DNA of 64,000 nt from assembly GCA_963745835.1 (NCBI GenBank), contig CAVUZH010000019.1:352001-416000 (forward strand), given 5' to 3'. This DNA is from an uncultured delta proteobacterium (GTDB lineage Bacteria; Desulfobacterota; Binatia; UBA9968). The first letter of the stretch is position 1; each line of letters starts with the position of its first letter. This document shows, one piece after another, positions 1-13,053 of this stretch. The notes beneath the pieces are model-generated. The model did not search any database. It had not been told where the DNA came from and saw only the letters and a list, made by a program, of their open reading frames with translations. The translations under genes and the position numbers were made by a program.

Positions 1-1324
<1,324 letters not shown>

Positions 1325-1395
1325 GGTGAACCTCCAGGCGCTCGTGGAACTGATTAATCCCTCTCATATAGCCAATAAGAGGGGGGGATTCAACC

Positions 1396-1671
1396 TTACT
1401 CGTTCTCGTTGAACCTTTTGTCGATTAGCCTCTCGATCGCTTTGACCGCTTGTTCAGCGTCCTGACCAGCCGCTTCCACTTCGATGGTGCTTCCCTGGGT
1501 CGCCGCCAACATAAGCACGCCCATGATGCTGCGGCCGTCGGCTGATTGACCGTCTTTCGAGATAGTGACTTGGGCTGAAAAGCGGTTGACGGTTTGAACC
1601 AGCAGCGCTGCGGCCCGCGCATGAACCCCGAGTTTATTTTTGATTTCCATTTTTTTAACGACCTTGACCAT
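1396..1671 (-). CDS. ptsH: HPr-family phosphocarrier
   Basis: GVHARAA (His15) and SIMGVLML (Ser46) motifs. Confidence 0.95.
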   Translation of the reverse strand: MVKVVKKMEIKNKLGVHARAAALLVQTVNRFSAQVTISKDGQSADGRSIMGVLMLAATQGSTIEVEAAGQDAEQAVKAIERLIDKRFNENE

Positions 1672-1674
1672 GGA

Positions 1675-2541
1675 TCATTTTTCGATGTCGCGATGTTTGA
1701 CATGAATGCGGAATTTGCCGCCATTCAGTCTTTTATGTAACTCTTCCACTAAAACCACCGAACGATGACGCCCGCCGGTGCAGCCAAGGGCGACTGTCAA
1801 ACTGCTCTTCCCTTCGCGCTCGTAAAGCGGCAAGGTAAACTCCAGCAAGGAATACAGCCGATCGAGAAAAATCCGGGTTTCTTCATTCTTCAGGACGTAT
1901 TCTTCCACCTCGCGCTCCAAGCCGTCATGAGCGCGCAATTCACTGACAAAGTACGGATTGGGCAAGAAGCGAACGTCCAGGATCATATCGGTGTCATGGG
2001 GAATGCCGTACTTGTACCCGAACGACGTCAGAAAAACGTTCATGCTGCGGGAATACGGCGACTGGCAGAACCGTTCTTCCATCTCCCGCTTGAGCTCATG
2101 CACGTTCAGGTTGCTAGTGTCGATCACTTTGTCAGCCAGTTCACGCATTGCCTCAAGCGCCCGGCGCTCACGCGAAATCCCCTCTTGGATAGGTTCCTCG
2201 CCTGCAAGCGGATGAGGTCGCCGGGTCTCACTGAACCGCCTCAACAATACTTCATCCGAAGCGTCGAAAAAGAGCACTTGAACGTGGTGCCCGGCATTGC
2301 GCATATCGGCCAGAACCCCCGGCAACGCTTGCAGAAATTGCCCGGCTCTCAGGTCGACGCCGAGAGCGATCCGAGTGATTCCTTCGTTGTAACCGACGCA
2401 GAGATCGATAAATTTTGGGATAAGCGGCGCGGGTAAATTGTCGATGCAGAAAAAGCCGTTATCTTCCAAGGCCCGGATTGCGACACTTTTCCCGGACCCC
2501 GAGAGACCTGTGACGATGATGACTGCTAGATCATCCGTCAT
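1675..2541 (-). CDS. rapZ: RNase adapter RapZ (P-loop)
   Basis: GLSGSGKS, CIDNLP, ETRRPHPL, GCTGGRHRSV. Confidence 0.97.
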   Translation of the reverse strand: MTDDLAVIIVTGLSGSGKSVAIRALEDNGFFCIDNLPAPLIPKFIDLCVGYNEGITRIALGVDLRAGQFLQALPGVLADMRNAGHHVQVLFFDASDEVLLRRFSETRRPHPLAGEEPIQEGISRERRALEAMRELADKVIDTSNLNVHELKREMEERFCQSPYSRSMNVFLTSFGYKYGIPHDTDMILDVRFLPNPYFVSELRAHDGLEREVEEYVLKNEETRIFLDRLYSLLEFTLPLYEREGKSSLTVALGCTGGRHRSVVLVEELHKRLNGGKFRIHVKHRDIEK

Positions 2542-2547
2542 AGCAGA

Positions 2548-3009
2548 TCAAAACTTCTGATCTTCGGTTGCAATGATGTCGTAAAGATCCTGGCTGCTCC
2601 CGGCAGTCAATAGCCGGCGCCGCAAATCCGGATCCTTCAGCAAACGCGAGATTCTCGCCAGCGCCTTCAAATGATCGGCCGCTGCGTCTTGAGGGGCGAT
2701 CAAGGTAAAAAACAAATAGGTCGGTTCGCCGTCAAGGGATGCGAAATCAACTCCGTGCAAGCTGCGTGCAAACAAACCCGATATCTTTTCAACCGTCGGC
2801 AACTTGCCATGAGGGATCGCCACGCCTTCGCCGATCGCTGTGGTGCTAATCTTTTCCCGATCCTGCAAAACGCGCAACACCTGAGCAGGATCGAGGCCCG
2901 ATGGTTTATCGGCGAGCTGATTGGCCATCTCCTCGAGGACTTCCGACTTTTCTTTTCCGCTGAGGTCTGCAATGACCCGCTCGAGGGTTAAAAAATCGGT
3001 AATCTTCAC
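2548..3009 (-). CDS. ptsN: PTS EIIA(Ntr)
   Basis: REKISTTAIGEGVAIPH, HLKALARISR; rpoN operon context. Confidence 0.95.
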   Translation of the reverse strand: MKITDFLTLERVIADLSGKEKSEVLEEMANQLADKPSGLDPAQVLRVLQDREKISTTAIGEGVAIPHGKLPTVEKISGLFARSLHGVDFASLDGEPTYLFFTLIAPQDAAADHLKALARISRLLKDPDLRRRLLTAGSSQDLYDIIATEDQKF

Positions 3010-3323
3010 TCTGGCGGCTTTCTTCTGGGCTCGAGCTTTATCTTATCCTTTTGCTTTCGCAATTGTCGTTTCAAGTTGTCGGTCACGAGATCGATGGCTG
3101 AATAGAGATCTTCCGTTTGTTCTTTAGCATGTATGACGCCAAGGGCGTGCAGTTCCACTTCGGCTGTCTGCCGTTCTTTAGATTCAACTGAAAGAACCAC
3201 ATGAGCATCTAAAGACTGCGAAAAATATTTGCCCAGCCGATGCATTTTCTCTTCCGCGTACTGCTTCAATGCGTCCGTGGGCTGGGTGTGACGAAAGGTA
3301 ACGGAGACTTTCACGTCGCTCAT
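3006..3323 (-). CDS. hpf: ribosome hibernation factor HPF/RaiA (short form)
   Basis: TDALKQYAEEK, DLYSAID; directly downstream of rpoN. Confidence 0.92.
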   Translation of the reverse strand: MSDVKVSVTFRHTQPTDALKQYAEEKMHRLGKYFSQSLDAHVVLSVESKERQTAEVELHALGVIHAKEQTEDLYSAIDLVTDNLKRQLRKQKDKIKLEPRRKPPE

Positions 3324-3347
3324 CGCGCTGCGCTTTCCTTTGATTTC

Positions 3348-4817
3348 TTATTTACGAAAAAACGGCTGGCGCCGCTTTGAGGAGGGAAGAATACCCATCG
3401 CTTCGCGGTACTTGGCCACGGTTCGGCGCGCTATGTCTATGGAACAATCTGATAGCAGTGCGGCTATGTGTTGATCGCTGAACGGTTTGCGCGGATCTTC
3501 GCCGGCAATGATGCCGCGGATCTTCTCTTTAACGCTCTCGCTGGCGACATCCTCTCCGTTTCCGCTTCTGAGACCGCTCTGGAAAAAAAACTTAAGCTCG
3601 AACAATCCTTGCGGCGTGTGGACGTATTTATTGGCCGTTGCACGGCTAACGGTAGATTCGTGCATATGAATATCTTCGGCGACATCACGCAGAACCATCG
3701 GCCTTAATTGGCTAACACCGTGGTCAAGGAAATCCAGCTGGAACTTGAAAATACTTTGAGTCACTCGGTAAAGGGTTTGCTGGCGCTGCTGAATGCTTTT
3801 AATCAGCCAAGTGGCGGCACGTACTTTTTCCTGGAGATACTGCCGTGCCTGCTCTTCCGCCACTCCCTCTTGCCCTACCATGCGGCGGTAAAGCGGACTC
3901 ACGCGCAACCGCGGAACGCCATCATCATTCAGATAGATGACATACTCGCCGGCGATTTTTTCGACAAAAACATCGGGTAAGACGGTGCGCACATCGTCTT
4001 GTTCAAAACCGCGCGAAGGTTTCGGTTCAAGGGATGTAATCAGATGCGCCGCATCGGCGATCTCATCGATGGTGGTCCCCAGATCACGCGCAAGCTTCTC
4101 ATACCTTTTAGACTCTAGAAAACCCAGATGATCGGAGACGATCCGAGCTGCTAAGCTGTCGCCGAGCTCGAGGTTTTGCAATTGAACCAGCAAGCACTCG
4201 CGGAGATCGCGCGCCGCGACGCCAACGGGATCGAAGAATTGAATGCGCTTTAAGACCCTTTCGGCTTCCCCCGGATCGGTTTGAGTAGCGGCGCAAATCT
4301 CGTCCACAGTCAACGCCAGGTACCCATTTTCCGAAAGGTTCTGGATGATGTATTGCCCGATCATCGACTCGCGTTCGGTAATCTTTGAAAGCCGGAGCTG
4401 CCAAAGCAGATGATCTTCGAGGGAGGTTTTTTTGGTTAGACTGTTCTCCCATGAGGGAGGTGCGTCGCCGTCCTCCGAACCGGCTTCGGCGGTTAGGGAG
4501 CCATGCATGGAGTTGGAATGGGTGTCGAGGTATTCCTGCCAATCATAGGTGCCTATTTTGTCGACCGCCGAAAGCTCCCGATTGACCACCGGCTCGGTTA
4601 GCCCAACCTCGCCGGCGTTTTCGCTTCGCGATTGATCGCTAGTCTCGCTTTCCTCGTTTGACCCCTCTTCCAGCGCAGGATTCTCCTGTAGCTCTTTTGT
4701 GACCATGTCTTCCAGTTCGACGCGTGACAGCTGCAGCAGCTTGATCGCCTGCTGCAGCTGTGGCGTCATAACCAACTGCTGGGCGAGCTTTTGAACTTGT
4801 CGAATTTCCAGAGCCAT
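3348..4817 (-). CDS. rpoN: RNA polymerase sigma-54
   Basis: MTPQLQQAIKLLQLS and RpoN box ARRTVAKYRE; start moved to MALEIRQ at 4817. Confidence 0.98.
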   Translation of the reverse strand: MALEIRQVQKLAQQLVMTPQLQQAIKLLQLSRVELEDMVTKELQENPALEEGSNEESETSDQSRSENAGEVGLTEPVVNRELSAVDKIGTYDWQEYLDTHSNSMHGSLTAEAGSEDGDAPPSWENSLTKKTSLEDHLLWQLRLSKITERESMIGQYIIQNLSENGYLALTVDEICAATQTDPGEAERVLKRIQFFDPVGVAARDLRECLLVQLQNLELGDSLAARIVSDHLGFLESKRYEKLARDLGTTIDEIADAAHLITSLEPKPSRGFEQDDVRTVLPDVFVEKIAGEYVIYLNDDGVPRLRVSPLYRRMVGQEGVAEEQARQYLQEKVRAATWLIKSIQQRQQTLYRVTQSIFKFQLDFLDHGVSQLRPMVLRDVAEDIHMHESTVSRATANKYVHTPQGLFELKFFFQSGLRSGNGEDVASESVKEKIRGIIAGEDPRKPFSDQHIAALLSDCSIDIARRTVAKYREAMGILPSSKRRQPFFRK

Positions 4818-4818
4818 A

Positions 4819-5541
4819 CTAGAACTTAAACCCCTCCCCCAAGTAAAATTTTCTCGCCTTCGGACTCTCCGAAATGTCTTCGGGCGTCCCTTGTTCGAGG
4901 ATCGAGCCCTCATTCAAGATGTAGGCGCGATCGCAAATCCCCAGCGTCTCCCTGACATTGTGATCGGTGATCAAGATGCCGATGCCGCTTGTAATTAACT
5001 CGCGGATGATCTTTTGGATCTCCGCCACTGCGATGGGATCGACGCCGGTAAAAGGCTCATCGAGCAAGACGAACTGGGGCGACAGCACCAGCGCCCGGGC
5101 GATTTCGACTCTGCGGCGCTCGCCCCCGGAAAGAGTGAACGCTTTGTTTTTAGCCAAATGAGCTACGCCGAGCATGGTCAGCAATGTTTCACAGCGCTCT
5201 TGACGCTCGACGCTGTTGAGATCGAGGGTTTGAAGAATCGCCTGCAAATTATCTTCAACGGTCAAACGCCGAAACACCGAAGACTCCTGCGGCAGATAGC
5301 TAATGCCGGCCCGCGCTCTCTGGTATATCGGCGCGGCGGTCAAATCTTTATCGTTCAACAGCACTTTTCCCTGGTCCGGATGAACTAAGCCCACCATCAT
5401 GTGAAAGGTCGTGGTTTTACCCGCTCCGTTCGGGCCGAGCAGGCCCACCACCTCACCGCCATGAACCTCTAAATTGACTCCATTGACGACGCGGCGACCA
5501 CTATAGCTTTTCGCCACCGCCTCCGCCCTCAAAACACTCAT
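4819..5541 (-). CDS. lptB: LPS export ABC ATPase
   Basis: [32 protein letters not shown]. Confidence 0.97.
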   Translation of the reverse strand: MSVLRAEAVAKSYSGRRVVNGVNLEVHGGEVVGLLGPNGAGKTTTFHMMVGLVHPDQGKVLLNDKDLTAAPIYQRARAGISYLPQESSVFRRLTVEDNLQAILQTLDLNSVERQERCETLLTMLGVAHLAKNKAFTLSGGERRRVEIARALVLSPQFVLLDEPFTGVDPIAVAEIQKIIRELITSGIGILITDHNVRETLGICDRAYILNEGSILEQGTPEDISESPKARKFYLGEGFKF

Positions 5542-6113
5542 TTTGCCGTGCTCGAGCCGGCCTCAGACTTAGCATCATCCTTCTTTTGCAATTCCTCCGG
5601 AAATATCGTCACCTGCACTCTGACTGAGTCCTTGCCTTCGGCCACAGCACGGTCTTGATCGATATAGTAGATAATACGCGAACCCGTGATTTGGCTGTTG
5701 CCTTGTCGCATCACTGGATTTCCGGTTAATGTGACGGTCTTGGCCTGGTCGTCGAATATTGCTTTATCTCCGGTTGCCATCCGATTGCCCTGCACCGCGT
5801 TTACTTTTCCGTCCGCGATGATCTGTTTGATTTGTTTCATCTCGGGATCAAACACGGCGGTCAACGTTTCGCTACGCATGGTCATTTCCGACTGGATTGT
5901 CACTACCCGGCCTTTGTAAGTGATGGTATTCTTCTTTTGATCAACTTCCATCCAATCCGAAGTGATATAGATCGGCTCCTTTTTGTTAAAATCAAAAGCG
6001 CTCTCATCACTTTTGCTTTTGCCGTCATCCCTGGATGCGCCGCGTACGGGAGCGACGATAAACCCGGCCAGCAAGATTACTGCAAGCCTAAAAGTTAAGT
6101 TCGGAGACTTCAT
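5538..6113 (-). CDS. lptA: LPS transport periplasmic protein LptA
   Basis: Signal peptide, PIYITSD, LTGNP OstA-type pattern; synteny. Confidence 0.9.
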   Translation of the reverse strand: MKSPNLTFRLAVILLAGFIVAPVRGASRDDGKSKSDESAFDFNKKEPIYITSDWMEVDQKKNTITYKGRVVTIQSEMTMRSETLTAVFDPEMKQIKQIIADGKVNAVQGNRMATGDKAIFDDQAKTVTLTGNPVMRQGNSQITGSRIIYYIDQDRAVAEGKDSVRVQVTIFPEELQKKDDAKSEAGSSTAK

Positions 6114-6124
6114 GATCCTCGCAG

Positions 6125-6736
6125 CTAGCTGTCGCCGGACTTAGCTTTTTGCTTAGCCAGCTTCTCGGGTTCCAATTTGGTCTTTACGTCACGAAGCAAG
6201 CGCACTTTGCTGTCTCCCAAATCAACCTCCATGCTGGAGCCTTGCAAGTCCAAGCCTTCACCACGCAACGTGGTCCGCTGCGGCATGACAATCTGTTCCT
6301 TTGCCGGCAGGTAAATCGCTTCTTGTGACTTCAGTAGATAGCCGCTGTAAGAAATCTCGATGCCGCCCTCGAGTTGCATCTTCTCTAGCTCTTTATCGTT
6401 GAGATAGACGTGAGCGATCTCAGCCGATGCTTCGGCTACCTCTCCTTTTTTATCGTAATATAGAAACCGAGGTTTCTGGATGACCGCTTGTCGCTGATCT
6501 TTATCGTAATTTGCTTCCTCGCCGCGCAGTTCCCATACCGTTCGGCCATTTTCAACTTTGGCTCGGCGAAAATCTTTGATACTGAGTGCCGACTCGGGTA
6601 ACTGATCCAATAGTTGAATAGGATTTTCTCTGATGTCGCGCAGCTTATTCGCCCAAATCTCTGCCGTGACCTTATAGCCAACCCCTCCGAGCGACGCCAA
6701 AATTGCCGCTAACAATAAGAATCGTCTTTTACGCAT
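6125..6736 (-). CDS. lptC: LPS export protein LptC
   Basis: N-terminal TM anchor, WELRGEEA beta-jellyroll pattern; synteny. Confidence 0.85.
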   Translation of the reverse strand: MRKRRFLLLAAILASLGGVGYKVTAEIWANKLRDIRENPIQLLDQLPESALSIKDFRRAKVENGRTVWELRGEEANYDKDQRQAVIQKPRFLYYDKKGEVAEASAEIAHVYLNDKELEKMQLEGGIEISYSGYLLKSQEAIYLPAKEQIVMPQRTTLRGEGLDLQGSSMEVDLGDSKVRLLRDVKTKLEPEKLAKQKAKSGDS

Positions 6737-6787
6737 TGGACAACCGAGTTACGAACGTACCACTCTTTGCTAATTCTGTAAAGCAAT

Positions 6788-6812
6788 AGGCATGAAAATT
6801 GCTCAGCAATTT
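6788..6812 (+). promoter_or_regulatory. sigma54-type -24/-12 box oriented opposite to the lptC-rpoN operon, overlapping a 17-bp palindrome
   Basis: AGGCATGAAAATTGCT = GG-N10-GC; AAATTGCT-C-AGCAATTT at 6796-6812. Confidence 0.5.
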
Positions 6813-6846
6813 ACAATTTCAGCAAGTTAGCGATATCATGAGCTAT

Positions 6847-7368
6847 TTAACCGGCGAAATTCCACTTATTCTGCGCCTTTAGCAATAATTCCGCGACCTC
6901 GCGAACGGCGCCTCTACCGCCCGGTCTTTCGGTCACGTAATCGACGGATCGGAATAATTCCTCCCACCCATCCTTTACCGTTACCGCCAAACCAACGCGG
7001 CGGAGGATCTCTGCATCACCGATATCATCGCCGATGTAAGCAATCTGAGTCTCCGCCAAACCTGATTGGCGCCGGATCTCTCCATACGTAGTGGCTTTAT
7101 TTTGAACTCCCTGGCGCATGATCCGAAGGCCCAGTTCTTTGGCTCGATACCGCACGGCTTTGGAATTTCGCGCGGTGATAAGACCGACCTCAATACTTGC
7201 CCGCATGAGCAAAACGATGCCTTGCCCATCGCGCACGTCGAAGTGCTTTGTTTCCACTCCTCGGTCGTCGAGGATGATGCGGCCATCGGTCAACACCCCA
7301 TCGACATCGAGCAGAAGCAATTTTATAGCTCTGGCCTTGTTTCGGACCGCTGTAGAAATGCGCTTCAC
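6847..7368 (-). CDS. kdsC: KDO 8-phosphate phosphatase
   Basis: DVDGVLTDG HAD motif, YIGDD, GGRGAVRE. Confidence 0.96.
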   Translation of the reverse strand: MKRISTAVRNKARAIKLLLLDVDGVLTDGRIILDDRGVETKHFDVRDGQGIVLLMRASIEVGLITARNSKAVRYRAKELGLRIMRQGVQNKATTYGEIRRQSGLAETQIAYIGDDIGDAEILRRVGLAVTVKDGWEELFRSVDYVTERPGGRGAVREVAELLLKAQNKWNFAG

Positions 7369-7377
7369 GGATGGGAG

Positions 7378-8346
7378 TTAAAGGCCAGCTTTTAGGAGAT
7401 CGTGGAGATGAATCACACCCGAGGGTTTGCCATCCTCATCGAGAACAAACAGGCTGGTGATGCTGTGTTGCTCCATCAGTGCGACCGCTTCCGCGGCGAG
7501 AGAATCAGCCGCTATGTTCTTGGCATTCCGGGTCATCAGCTGTTTGGCATTGTATCTGAAGATATCACCTTTGGATTCCAAGCCACGTCGCAAGTCGCCG
7601 TCGGTGATGACTCCCGTCAGTTTCCCCGCTGCATCGACAACCCCGGTGATCCCGAGCCGCTTCGAAGTGATCTCGAAAAGAGCGTCCTTGATGGGCGTGT
7701 CTTCGCGAATCAGAGGAAGTTTATCGCCACGATGCATGAGATCTTCGACGCGCAAGAAAAGCCGTCTGCCTAAAATTCCTCCGGGGTGCCGCATCGCGAA
7801 ATCTTCTTGATTGAATCCTTTCGTCTCGAGAAGTACCACCGCTAACGCGTCGCCCATGGCCAGAGTTGCCGTGGTGCTCGCAGTGGGGGCCAAACCTAGC
7901 GGGCACGCTTCTTCTCTCACGCTGACATCGAGAACCACGTCCGCTGCCTTTGCCAGGGTTGACTCTGGATTCCCGGTCATGACGATCATCTTCAGAGCGT
8001 GCCGCTTGAAGTGGGGGATGATCTTGAGGATTTCTTCAGTTTCTCCGCTATTGGAAACGGCAAGAATGACGTCGCCCTTCATGACCATGCCTAAATCACC
8101 GTGAAGCGCATCGCTTGAATGGAGAAAAAAGGAAGGCGTACCCGTGCTCGCCAAGGTTGCCGCAATCTTGCGACAAATCAGACCCGATTTACCCATCCCG
8201 GTGACAACCACCTTGCCGTTGCATTCGCCGAGCAACTTGATGGTCTTGCAAAAATTTTCATCAAGACGATCCAGCAGAGATCGAAGTCCCTCAATCTCGA
8301 TGTTCAACACCTCTCTGGCACGGGCCAAAATGGCTTTTTGGTTCAC
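7378..8346 (-). CDS. kdsD: arabinose-5-phosphate isomerase (KpsF/GutQ)
   Basis: GMGKSG, HGDLG, APTASTT, HPGG, tandem CBS domains. Confidence 0.97.
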   Translation of the reverse strand: MNQKAILARAREVLNIEIEGLRSLLDRLDENFCKTIKLLGECNGKVVVTGMGKSGLICRKIAATLASTGTPSFFLHSSDALHGDLGMVMKGDVILAVSNSGETEEILKIIPHFKRHALKMIVMTGNPESTLAKAADVVLDVSVREEACPLGLAPTASTTATLAMGDALAVVLLETKGFNQEDFAMRHPGGILGRRLFLRVEDLMHRGDKLPLIREDTPIKDALFEITSKRLGITGVVDAAGKLTGVITDGDLRRGLESKGDIFRYNAKQLMTRNAKNIAADSLAAEAVALMEQHSITSLFVLDEDGKPSGVIHLHDLLKAGL

Positions 8347-9173
8347 GAAACCGAACTACCTTTCACCATCTCGTCGATCTGTTTCACGGCTCCGATTAAT
8401 TTTTCAAAATCCTTCAATTGCAAAGAGTTCGGGCCGTCACTCAAGGCCTGATCCGGGTTTTCATGAACCTCCATGAATAATGCGTCGACCCCGACAGCCA
8501 CCGCCGCGCGTGCCAATGCTGGGATATACTTGCGCTCGCCGCCGGACGCGTGACCGAGTCCGCCAGGTAGCTGCAAGCTGTGAGTGGCGTCAAAGATCAC
8601 TGGATATCCGAGCTCGCGCATCCACACCAGCGAGCGCATGTCAGAAACAAGATTGTTATACCCGAACGAAACTCCGCGCTCTGTCAACAACACCCGATCG
8701 TTCCCGGTTGAAAGTATCTTATCGACAACATTGGCGATATCCCAAGGCGCAAGAAATTGGCCTTTTTTGACGTTAACGACTTTGCCGGAATTGGCCACAG
8801 CGACGACGAAGTCGGTCTGCCGACAAAGAAACGCCGGAATCTGCAAAACGTCGGCGATCTCCTGAACCGCGGCTACCTGCGCCGATTCATGAACATCGGT
8901 TAAGACCGGCACACCGATTTTGCGTTTAACCTCAGCGAGAATCTCCAATCCACGCTCCAGTCCCGGTCCACGAAATGAACTCGCCGAAGATCGGTTCGCC
9001 TTGTCATAAGAAGACTTAAAAATGTAAGGAACACCTGCGCGATCGGCCGCTTCTTTCAGCAACGAGGCGTGCCGTAACGCGGATTCCTGGCTTTCGATGA
9101 CACAGGGCCCCGCGATGACCGCCAGTGGTCGACCGGCGCCGATTTTAAAATTGCCTATCTCAACCAGTTTCAT
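8343..9173 (-). CDS. kdsA: KDO 8-phosphate synthase
   Basis: AGPCVIES, DKANRSS, QIPAFLCRQTD. Confidence 0.98.
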   Translation of the reverse strand: MKLVEIGNFKIGAGRPLAVIAGPCVIESQESALRHASLLKEAADRAGVPYIFKSSYDKANRSSASSFRGPGLERGLEILAEVKRKIGVPVLTDVHESAQVAAVQEIADVLQIPAFLCRQTDFVVAVANSGKVVNVKKGQFLAPWDIANVVDKILSTGNDRVLLTERGVSFGYNNLVSDMRSLVWMRELGYPVIFDATHSLQLPGGLGHASGGERKYIPALARAAVAVGVDALFMEVHENPDQALSDGPNSLQLKDFEKLIGAVKQIDEMVKGSSVS

Positions 9174-9202
9174 AGTTTCGATTCAAAATGGCACAGAGAT
9201 CG

Positions 9203-10858
<1,656 letters not shown>

Positions 10859-10989
10859 TCAGTTGGCACAATCTCTAGATAATGCTCCGCTCTTCAATCT
10901 TCAGAAATCGACTCCTACGGCCTCTACGGCCTCTCGCCAGCTCGGCAACATGAAGATGAACTTCAATTCTACAGGTGCCGATGTTCCTT

Positions 10990-11763
10990 TCACTTGGTAC
11001 GGCCTCTTAGGTAACGCTCCGCTTTCTGCAAATCTTCAGGAGTATCCACTTCTACCGATCTCTCGTCGACCTCCGCGACATGAATCCGGTAACCATATGC
11101 CAACGCCCGCAGTTGTTCCAAACTTTCGATCTGCTCCAGTGCGGTCGGACGCAAGCGGGCAAACTTCAGTAGAAACTCACGCTGGTAGACGTACAAGCCC
11201 AGGTGGCGGTTGCCCCATAATCGCCTTTTTACACTAGGCCGAACTTTGCCGCCGTTCAGATCGATTCCATCGTTGCGCGAGTAAGGAATCGGTGCCCGGG
11301 AAAAATACAGAGCGAATCCTTTGCGGTCGATTACGACTTTGACAATATTCGGGTTGAGCCACTCGTCCTGATCGAAGATTGCGGTGCAAACGGTGCCCAT
11401 CGGAATTGATCGGTCACGCTTCATCGGCCGAACCGCGCGGGTGATCGTTTCTGCCTGAATAAACGGCAAATCACCCTGAACATTGACCAGGATATCCGCC
11501 CTGACTTTGCGCGCCACCTCCGCGAGCCGATCCGTTCCACTCGGATGGTCCCTGGCAGTCATAACGACTTCGCCGCCGAAATTTCTTACGGTTTCTTCGA
11601 TGCGCAGATCATCGGTGGCTACCACAACTCGGTCCAATTCTTTAGCGCGTGAGGTGCTTTCGTAAACATGCTGGATCATCGGCTTGCCGCCGATCGAGGC
11701 TAACGGCTTTCCCGGAAGACGGGTGGAACCATAGCGCGCCGGGATAATCGCCACTACTGACAT
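10990..11763 (-). CDS. kdsB: CMP-KDO synthetase
   Basis: IPARYGSTRLPGKPL, NVQGD, ESLEQLR. Confidence 0.97.
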   Translation of the reverse strand: MSVVAIIPARYGSTRLPGKPLASIGGKPMIQHVYESTSRAKELDRVVVATDDLRIEETVRNFGGEVVMTARDHPSGTDRLAEVARKVRADILVNVQGDLPFIQAETITRAVRPMKRDRSIPMGTVCTAIFDQDEWLNPNIVKVVIDRKGFALYFSRAPIPYSRNDGIDLNGGKVRPSVKRRLWGNRHLGLYVYQREFLLKFARLRPTALEQIESLEQLRALAYGYRIHVAEVDERSVEVDTPEDLQKAERYLRGRTK

Positions 11764-12047
11764 AAACGTGCGCTTCAGAAGTGTGATGACTGCGTGAGAA
11801 AGGTCAAAGTTGCGTTCTCGTCGTCGAAATAAAAAACCGCAATGGCTTTCAGCGAAAGCACATCACGGAATTCAATAATACGCCCAGGCTAAAAGGGTGT
11901 CAATGTGATTTGCTGTAGCCGAACCATCCTACCTCGCGTCCGGCATCGAGTCGCACCAGTGGCGATCATGGTAAGCGCGGCAATCCAACTTGACTAATCA
12001 ATGTCCTCCTATGATAGGAGTGATCGGGAAGTAGGAGGACGAGCGGG

Positions 12048-12983
12048 ATGGCGGACTTTATAAAAATCGATGCGGGATTTGCGACCATCGGACAGGGCGC
12101 CGGCCCCATGATGGTGACCTGGAAGGCCGGATTATTTAAAAAGCACGGCCTCGATGTTGACAAACCCCGTATCATGGGCGGCGCCAAAGGAGTTGTCCGC
12201 GGCCTAACCATCGGGGAAATTCAGTTCGGCAATTTGGCAGCGCCGGCGCCGTTGAGATCTAATGTCAAAGGCGAAACTGATTTGATCTTTTTGACCGGCG
12301 GCATAAATCAACAATTCGTCATGGCCCGCCCGGGAATAACTGGCCGCGAACAGCTCACCGGCAAAAAGATAGGCTTCGTCGGCGATGGCGGTCTGAATGA
12401 CGCGCTGGTGAGTTTCATTATCGAAAAATTGGCAGCCGCGGGCATAAAAGGCATAGAGAAAGAACCTGTTCCCGCCGGCGGCGATCAGCAAATCGCATCG
12501 CTCATCAGCCAAAAATGCGATGCCATAGTCATCACTCCGCCAGAATCGATTGACGCCCAGCGAAAAGGCTGTAAGTACCTAGTCGATTTCGCCGAGCATG
12601 GCCTTAATTATGCGCTTGGCGGGATTGCCGCGCGCCGCGATTATGTCGAGAAAAATCCCGAGATCACAAGAAAGTTTATCAAAGCATATGTTGAGGGGAT
12701 GCACCGCTACCGGACAGACCGCGATTTTACGGTGAACGTCCAGGCTGAATATAGCGGCATTGCGGATCGCACGATAGCGGAAGAAACCTACGATCTCACC
12801 CGCCCGGGTATGCCGCCGGTTCCTTATCCGGTTGTTGCTTCGCTGCAAGTTTTGCTTGATTTTATGTCCAAGGAAGTTCCTGAGGCGAAGAATGTCGATG
12901 CGCGGCGCTTTGTCGACGATCATTTCATTCGAGAGCTTGAGGAAAACGGATTTATTGCTGCGCTTGCCGGTTCCAAGAAGTGA
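12048..12983 (+). CDS. NMT1/SsuA/TauA-family substrate-binding protein (no clear signal peptide)
   Basis: GLFKKHGLDV, LTGKKIG, YVEKNPEITRKFIKA patterns. Confidence 0.8.
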   Translation: MADFIKIDAGFATIGQGAGPMMVTWKAGLFKKHGLDVDKPRIMGGAKGVVRGLTIGEIQFGNLAAPAPLRSNVKGETDLIFLTGGINQQFVMARPGITGREQLTGKKIGFVGDGGLNDALVSFIIEKLAAAGIKGIEKEPVPAGGDQQIASLISQKCDAIVITPPESIDAQRKGCKYLVDFAEHGLNYALGGIAARRDYVEKNPEITRKFIKAYVEGMHRYRTDRDFTVNVQAEYSGIADRTIAEETYDLTRPGMPPVPYPVVASLQVLLDFMSKEVPEAKNVDARRFVDDHFIRELEENGFIAALAGSKK

Positions 12984-13053
12984 ATCTTCGGCGGCGTGCT
13001 GAGAAATTGCTCCCTTCTATGTCGCTGACCATAGGTTCGTTTAGGAGAAAGCC

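Noticed and set aside
4818-4913. 32-aa N-terminal extension of RpoN
   Set aside because: It overlaps lptB; the typical RpoN start MALEIRQ is at 4817.
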